Source of the DNA: Gemmatimonadota bacterium
GTDB lineage: Bacteria; Gemmatimonadota; Gemmatimonadetes; Palauibacterales; Palauibacteraceae
Length of the DNA stretch: 59,614 nt
NCBI GenBank assembly: GCA_039714435.1
Contig: JBDLJJ010000003.1
Location: forward strand, 1 to 59,614
Reading direction: 5' to 3'
How positions within the stretch are numbered: the first letter of the stretch is position 1; each line of letters starts with the position of its first letter. This document shows positions 54,805 through 59,614 of the stretch, in pieces. The notes beneath the pieces were generated by a model. The model made no database searches and was not told the DNA's origin. It worked only from the letters and a program-made list of their open reading frames with translations. A program made the translations under genes and the position numbers.

Positions 54805-54888
54805 CTACATGAATACACCTCCGGCCACGGCGGCGGGATAGCCGGCGTAGGTATAGCTCTGGATGGCGTAATAGCGCTGTGCTGTCAT
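54805..54888 (-). CDS. Tyr-rich leader peptide (27 aa) of the phhA attenuator
   Basis: ATG ACA GCA CAG CGC TAT TAC GCC ATC CAG AGC TAT ACC TAC GCC GGC TAT ... TAG = MTAQRYYAIQSYTYAGYPAAVAGGVFM, with 5 Tyr in codons 6-17. Confidence 0.8.
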   Translation of the reverse strand: MTAQRYYAIQSYTYAGYPAAVAGGVFM

Positions 54889-54942
54889 GCGCCCAGGTTG
54901 GCTGGTTGGCGCGTCGCGCGCAAGCCTGGAGCGCGGCGGCTT

Positions 54943-56175
54943 CTAGTTCGCAAGGTCGAACCATGGACGCAGGCGTACGCCCAGCCAGGTGCCCGGCAGG
55001 GCCGAGGCGATCCACAGCCAGCCGTGCACGCTGGTCGAGGCCACCCCGGAGAAGAAGGCGCCGATCGTACAGCCGTAAGCGATGCGTGACCCGTAGCCCA
55101 GCATAAGTCCGCCTACCACAGCGGCCAGCAGCGAGCGGGCCGAGATACGCAGACCCGGCCGGAACCTGCCCCGCACGGCGGATGTGGCCAGGGCGCCGAG
55201 GACGATTCCGGCATCCATTACCGATATTCGGTCACCGAGAACGGGACCCGCTACAGCCGCGCTCTGAAATCCGGCAGTCCAGAAGGCGTTCGAACTCGGA
55301 TCCCAACCCACGAGCTGGGCTAGCTTGGCTCCCCACAGCGTGAAGCCCCAGGTCACCGTCCACGGATGTCCGGCCAGCAGCAGCGTGGCGAAGTTGAGCA
55401 GCGCCAAGCCCACGGCCCCCAGGAGCAGGAGGCGAAAGGCAGGGTTCCTTAGGAGCCGCGTGGCCCCGACCAGTGGCGGACCTGAATCCGGAACGCTGCC
55501 CGGGCTGCCGCTGCTCGGGCTGCGGCCGGAATCGTGGCCGGAGCGCCGGCGTGCCCAGCGCACGGCGAGCCCGATCAGTCCGAGCGCCCCGAGTTGCAGG
55601 CCCACCGCGGCCGGCCAGCCCAGCGTGTGGCCCAGCGAGATCGGGCCCGTGGCCGGCAGGCGGGCCCACTCGGTCATGTGCAGACTGGCCCAGAAGGCTC
55701 CCCCACAGAATGCGCCCAGGGTAATGAGCATTCGCGTATTGCCGCCGCCGACGCTGAACAACGTTCCGGATCCGCAGCCTCCGCCGAGCTGCATTCCGAG
55801 GCCGAACATGAACGCTCCCACCACGACCTGCAGGCTGACCGGGGCCGTCGCACCCCCAGCCGGCTGGCCGAACACGCTCCCCTGGGCCAGGGGGACGGCG
55901 AACAGGATCGTGGCCAGGCCCAGCATGACGAGCTGCGCGTACACAGCCGAATAATCACGCACCAGAATGGCGCGCCGATACCCGTAGGTGAAGCCGAAGG
56001 AGGTCACGTACAGCACCAATCCGAGTGCGGCGCCGACCGCCAGAAGGCTGGCGTGCCGCCAGCCGTACTGGGCTAGAAGTACGGTGCCCCAGAGCAGAAC
56101 GCCGGCGCTGATGGAAAGCGGGACCCACTGCACCCGACTGCTGGCGGAAACAGCGCTCGAGCGGACGGCGCTCAC
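54943..56175 (-). CDS. YeeE/YedE (TsuA-like) sulfur-compound transporter
   Basis: FGLGMQLGGGCGSGTL and GYGSRIAYGCTIGAFFSG motifs. GTG start overlaps the amidase stop (GTGA). Confidence 0.88.
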   Translation of the reverse strand: MSAVRSSAVSASSRVQWVPLSISAGVLLWGTVLLAQYGWRHASLLAVGAALGLVLYVTSFGFTYGYRRAILVRDYSAVYAQLVMLGLATILFAVPLAQGSVFGQPAGGATAPVSLQVVVGAFMFGLGMQLGGGCGSGTLFSVGGGNTRMLITLGAFCGGAFWASLHMTEWARLPATGPISLGHTLGWPAAVGLQLGALGLIGLAVRWARRRSGHDSGRSPSSGSPGSVPDSGPPLVGATRLLRNPAFRLLLLGAVGLALLNFATLLLAGHPWTVTWGFTLWGAKLAQLVGWDPSSNAFWTAGFQSAAVAGPVLGDRISVMDAGIVLGALATSAVRGRFRPGLRISARSLLAAVVGGLMLGYGSRIAYGCTIGAFFSGVASTSVHGWLWIASALPGTWLGVRLRPWFDLAN

Positions 56176-57557
56176 AGCGTGGGCAGACCGATAGGCCGTT
56201 CGGCCTGCAGGCGGGCGGCGATCGACAGCACCAACTCTTCTCCCTGCGGCGGGCCCACAATCTGCATTCCGACCGGGAGCCCGCTCGCGTCGAGACCACA
56301 CGGCACCGAGGCCACAGGCAGGCCGGCCAGACCGAGCACGAACGTCGGGGCCACCCAGTCGATGTAGGTCTTCATGGGCTGGCCGCCGATCGTCTCCGGA
56401 TAGTTCTGGTCCACAGGAAAGGGCGGGACAGCCATGCAGGGCGTCAGTAGAGCGGCATACGTCTCGAACAGAGCGCTAAGTTCCTCGCGCATGCGCCGCC
56501 TGGCCCGCTCCGCGTCCGACAGCTGCGGAGCCGTGACCTCGAGACCCGCCCGAATATTGTTGGCCACGTTCACCCCGTACTCGTCCAGCCGATCCAGGCC
56601 GTCGTGCAAGTGGGCCAGAAACCACAGGCCCCGCAGGGCAAGGAAGGCCTCGCGCCCGTATGACAGGTCGAGTTGGATTTCCTCACAGGCCACTGCGCAG
56701 CTGCCTTCCTGACACACGCGGCCCACGTCCGGATCGATGCCGATACCCGCGATGTCCGGACAGTAGGCGAGCCCCTGCTCGCCGCCCGGCCACTGCCTGG
56801 CCGCCGCCGCCGCGAACTCACGTCCCGCCACGGGCTGGGCGATCGGGAACTCCTTGCTGGGACCGGCCAGCGCCTGCAGCGCCAAACCCACGTCACCGGC
56901 CGTGCGGCCCATCACGCCCGTCACCTGCAGCGTGTCCCACAGGTACCAGGACGGGCTGGTGGGTATAAGGCCCGGCGAAGGACGAAGCCCCGTGACCCCG
57001 CAGAAGGAAGCCGGAATACGCAGCGAGCCGCCCAGGTCGGTTCCCTGGGCCAGCGAGAGCATCCCGGTAGCCAGGCCCGCCGCGCCGCCTCCCGTGGACC
57101 CACCCGCGCTGCGCTCTGTATTCCACGGATTTCGCGTGCGGCCGAACACCTCGTTCCAGGTATTGCCTCCCGCCGCGAACTCGGGCGTATTCGTCTTTCC
57201 CAGGATCACCGCTCCGGCGGCCCTGAAGCGGCTGACGATCTCGGCATCCTTCTCCGGCACATAGTCGGCGTAGAGAGTGGAACCATACGTTGTCCTGATG
57301 CCTGCCGTCTCCGTCACGTCCTTGATCCCGACCACGAGTCCGGCCAGCGCTCCGGGGTCCTCTCCCCGAGCCAAAGCCCGATCGACCGCGTCGGCTTCAT
57401 CCGCGGCCCGCTCGTTCACGGTCACCACAGCGTTGAGCGTGCCGTTGTGCTCGGACATCTGCTCCTGGCACGCGGCCAGCAGCTCGGCGGCCGACACGTC
57501 GCGGCTCCGGACGAGGCGCGCCTGCTCCGTGGCCGGAAGCAGGGCCAGCTTACTCAC
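56172..57557 (-). CDS. Amidase signature family enzyme
   Basis: IKD, GKTNTPEF, GGSTGG, GTDLGGSLRIPASFCG. Confidence 0.93.
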   Translation of the reverse strand: MSKLALLPATEQARLVRSRDVSAAELLAACQEQMSEHNGTLNAVVTVNERAADEADAVDRALARGEDPGALAGLVVGIKDVTETAGIRTTYGSTLYADYVPEKDAEIVSRFRAAGAVILGKTNTPEFAAGGNTWNEVFGRTRNPWNTERSAGGSTGGGAAGLATGMLSLAQGTDLGGSLRIPASFCGVTGLRPSPGLIPTSPSWYLWDTLQVTGVMGRTAGDVGLALQALAGPSKEFPIAQPVAGREFAAAAARQWPGGEQGLAYCPDIAGIGIDPDVGRVCQEGSCAVACEEIQLDLSYGREAFLALRGLWFLAHLHDGLDRLDEYGVNVANNIRAGLEVTAPQLSDAERARRRMREELSALFETYAALLTPCMAVPPFPVDQNYPETIGGQPMKTYIDWVAPTFVLGLAGLPVASVPCGLDASGLPVGMQIVGPPQGEELVLSIAARLQAERPIGLPTL

Positions 57558-57580
57558 GGCACCTGCGCGAACATGCCAGC

Positions 57581-58366
57581 TTACTCAGTGAACGCCACGG
57601 TGCGGCAGAAAGCCGCTTCTCCGCCCTTGAACAACCACGGAAAGCAGCCGATCGTCAGCCGCCGGTTCTGGAGCGCCGGGTCGGATATCTGCCCGCCGAG
57701 GTTCTCGATGTGCATGCAGTTGTGCGGGAACAAAGCGTTGTGGGTGAGCTGATAGTGGTCCTCCGGGAAGACTGCGGCGACGCCCTCGGCCCCCCCGAAC
57801 TTGGTTTCCGCTATGCGGCGCACCTTGTCGCAGTGTCCGTGCTGGCCCTTCCCCAGAAATCGGCCGATGGGAAGGTTCATGGGGTGGTCAGTGGAGATCG
57901 CGTCCACACCCCAGATCTTGATCTCCATGTCCAGAAGCCAGGCCACCATGTCCGGGTGCGCTCCCGGATGCAGATGGATGTAACGCTCCTCGTTGGCCTC
58001 GTCCCCGAATTGGGCGAAGCGGTGCCAGCCGGTGTGCAGGATGAGCAGGTCGCCTTTCCGGACATCTACCCGGCTGGTGATCATGTCCGGCGAATAGGCC
58101 CCCAGATCGCTCATCTCATCGGTCAGGTCCACGATCACGCCGGGCCCGTACAGCCACTCGAGCGGTATCTGATCGATCGTCATTCCGTTGGTGACGAAGT
58201 GGCGCGGAGCGTCCAGGTGCGTACCCATGTGGTTGGACGTCTGGATGTACTGCGCGTTGACCCCGTGCTCGGCCTTGCGCTTGATGTACTTGACCTCGAA
58301 CGGCGGATAGTAGGGCCAAGCGTAGACATCCTGGTTCAGAGGCTGTGACAGGTCGTAGATCTTCAT
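57581..58366 (-). CDS. Cyclase family (kynurenine formamidase-like) metallohydrolase
   Basis: HMGTHLDAPRH (HxGTHxDxPxH), GVDA.S.D, H..L...IENL. Confidence 0.9.
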   Translation of the reverse strand: MKIYDLSQPLNQDVYAWPYYPPFEVKYIKRKAEHGVNAQYIQTSNHMGTHLDAPRHFVTNGMTIDQIPLEWLYGPGVIVDLTDEMSDLGAYSPDMITSRVDVRKGDLLILHTGWHRFAQFGDEANEERYIHLHPGAHPDMVAWLLDMEIKIWGVDAISTDHPMNLPIGRFLGKGQHGHCDKVRRIAETKFGGAEGVAAVFPEDHYQLTHNALFPHNCMHIENLGGQISDPALQNRRLTIGCFPWLFKGGEAAFCRTVAFTE

Positions 58367-59539
58367 TCAAGTCTCCAGTTCAGCTCTAATCTCTTCGTTG
58401 TGCTCACCGAGGCGAGGAGGATACCGCCGATAGGTCGGGCCCGCAGCGGACGAGTGGATCGGATTCCCGATCGAGCGAACGATCCCGATGAGCGGATGCT
58501 CCAGTTCGACGATCATCCCACGCGCGATGGTGTGCGGATCGGCCAACACTTCATCGGGAAAATTGACCGGGCCAGCTGGAATGCCAGCCTGCACCAGATC
58601 GGCCAGCCAGGAGGCGGCATCCCGGGACGAGAGGACGTTCTCCAGTACAGTGATTAACTCGTCACGGTTCTCGTTGCGCACGCTGTTGGTGGCGAAGCGT
58701 GCGTCCGTCCGCACCTCATCGTTCAGTCCCAGCACGGCGCAGAACCTCTCCCACAAGCGCTCGCTGCCTACCGCGACCAGTATCGACTTGTCCCTGGCGC
58801 GCATGGGCTGATACGGAGTGATCGTGGGATGCACGTTGCCCAGGCGCCGCGGACGCTCCCCGGTCACGAAGTATGAGCTGCCGATGTTGGCCAGCCATGT
58901 CAGCTGGCTGTCCAGCAGCGCCACGTCCAAAAACTGCCCTTCGCCGCTTCCCCCAGCATCCCGGTCGCGGGCGTAGAGAGCCGCCAGGATACCTATCAGG
59001 GAGTAGATCCCGGCCGTAATGTCCGCCATCGCCGTGGGAAAGCGGACGGGCCCGCCGTCCGGATCACCGGTAATGGCCATGAGTCCGGCCTCGCCCTGGG
59101 CCAGCAGGTCGTAGCCCGCCTGTCCGGCCTTGGGCCCGGAGTGCCCGAAGCCGCTGATCGCCGAGTACACGAGCCTCGGGTTGCGGCCGCGTACCGTATC
59201 CGGGTCCAGCCCGCAGCGCCGCAGTGACTCCATGCGTGGATTGTTGGTCACGAAGACGTCAGCCCCGTCCAGCAGTCTGTGCAGCACGGACAGGTCGGCT
59301 TCCTGTTTGATGTCCAGCTCCACGCTGCGCTTGTTCCTGTTCACGGACAGGTAGTAGGCGCTCTCGCCCTCGGCAAAGGGAGGACCCCAGCCACGTGACT
59401 GATCGCCTACGCTGCGCCGCTCCACCTTAATCACGTCCGCTCCGAGATCACCCAGTATCATGCCACAGTAAGGCCCGGCGAGCGCTTCGGTCATGTCGAT
59501 GACCCGAAGACCGTCCAGCGGAGGGAGCTCCATGTTCAT
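58367..59539 (-). CDS. CoA-transferase family III (CaiB/BaiF)
   Basis: LDGLRVID, AGP, LGDLGADVIKVE, NRNKRS, ISGFG..GP, YD, active-site D in AMADITAG, PRLGEH. Confidence 0.94.
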   Translation of the reverse strand: MNMELPPLDGLRVIDMTEALAGPYCGMILGDLGADVIKVERRSVGDQSRGWGPPFAEGESAYYLSVNRNKRSVELDIKQEADLSVLHRLLDGADVFVTNNPRMESLRRCGLDPDTVRGRNPRLVYSAISGFGHSGPKAGQAGYDLLAQGEAGLMAITGDPDGGPVRFPTAMADITAGIYSLIGILAALYARDRDAGGSGEGQFLDVALLDSQLTWLANIGSSYFVTGERPRRLGNVHPTITPYQPMRARDKSILVAVGSERLWERFCAVLGLNDEVRTDARFATNSVRNENRDELITVLENVLSSRDAASWLADLVQAGIPAGPVNFPDEVLADPHTIARGMIVELEHPLIGIVRSIGNPIHSSAAGPTYRRYPPRLGEHNEEIRAELET

Positions 59540-59614
59540 GCGGGCGCCGAACTTGTCGCGGCGGCCCGCGTCAAGTCATCAGCCGGTGAAACGGCCGTGC
59601 CGCGCATGAGGAAC

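Overview
GC-rich bacterial chromosome window. The gene content would fit a Gemmatimonadota-like diderm, but that is not verified. It begins with the 5' end and promoter of a 16S rRNA gene on the minus strand. A ~29 kb stress/dormancy block (722-30383) follows. It encodes a PAS/HisKA_3 kinase, an NtrC-type sigma54 activator, three Usp proteins, two CBS proteins, Hsp20, a CtpF-like P-type ATPase, a LolA/LolCDE-like export set, a split phosphoribosyltransferase/dienelactone-hydrolase pair, archease-rtcB and a giant cyclic beta-1,2-glucan synthase. This content closely parallels the mycobacterial DosR regulon. Here, however, the transcription units carry sigma54 -24/-12 motifs and a shared GGGAC-N5-GTCCC palindrome about 65-130 bp upstream. 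After tRNA-His, which has duplicated 3' ends, come housekeeping and catabolic genes. The ORF track misses several features: two UGA-recoded selenoprotein candidates with matching SECIS-like hairpins (DUF411/CopG-like U-G-C-C; Prx-like U-P-H-C), a Tyr-rich leader peptide/attenuator in front of phenylalanine hydroxylase, and a candidate sigma54-driven small RNA. All calls come from manual motif reading; no database searches were run.
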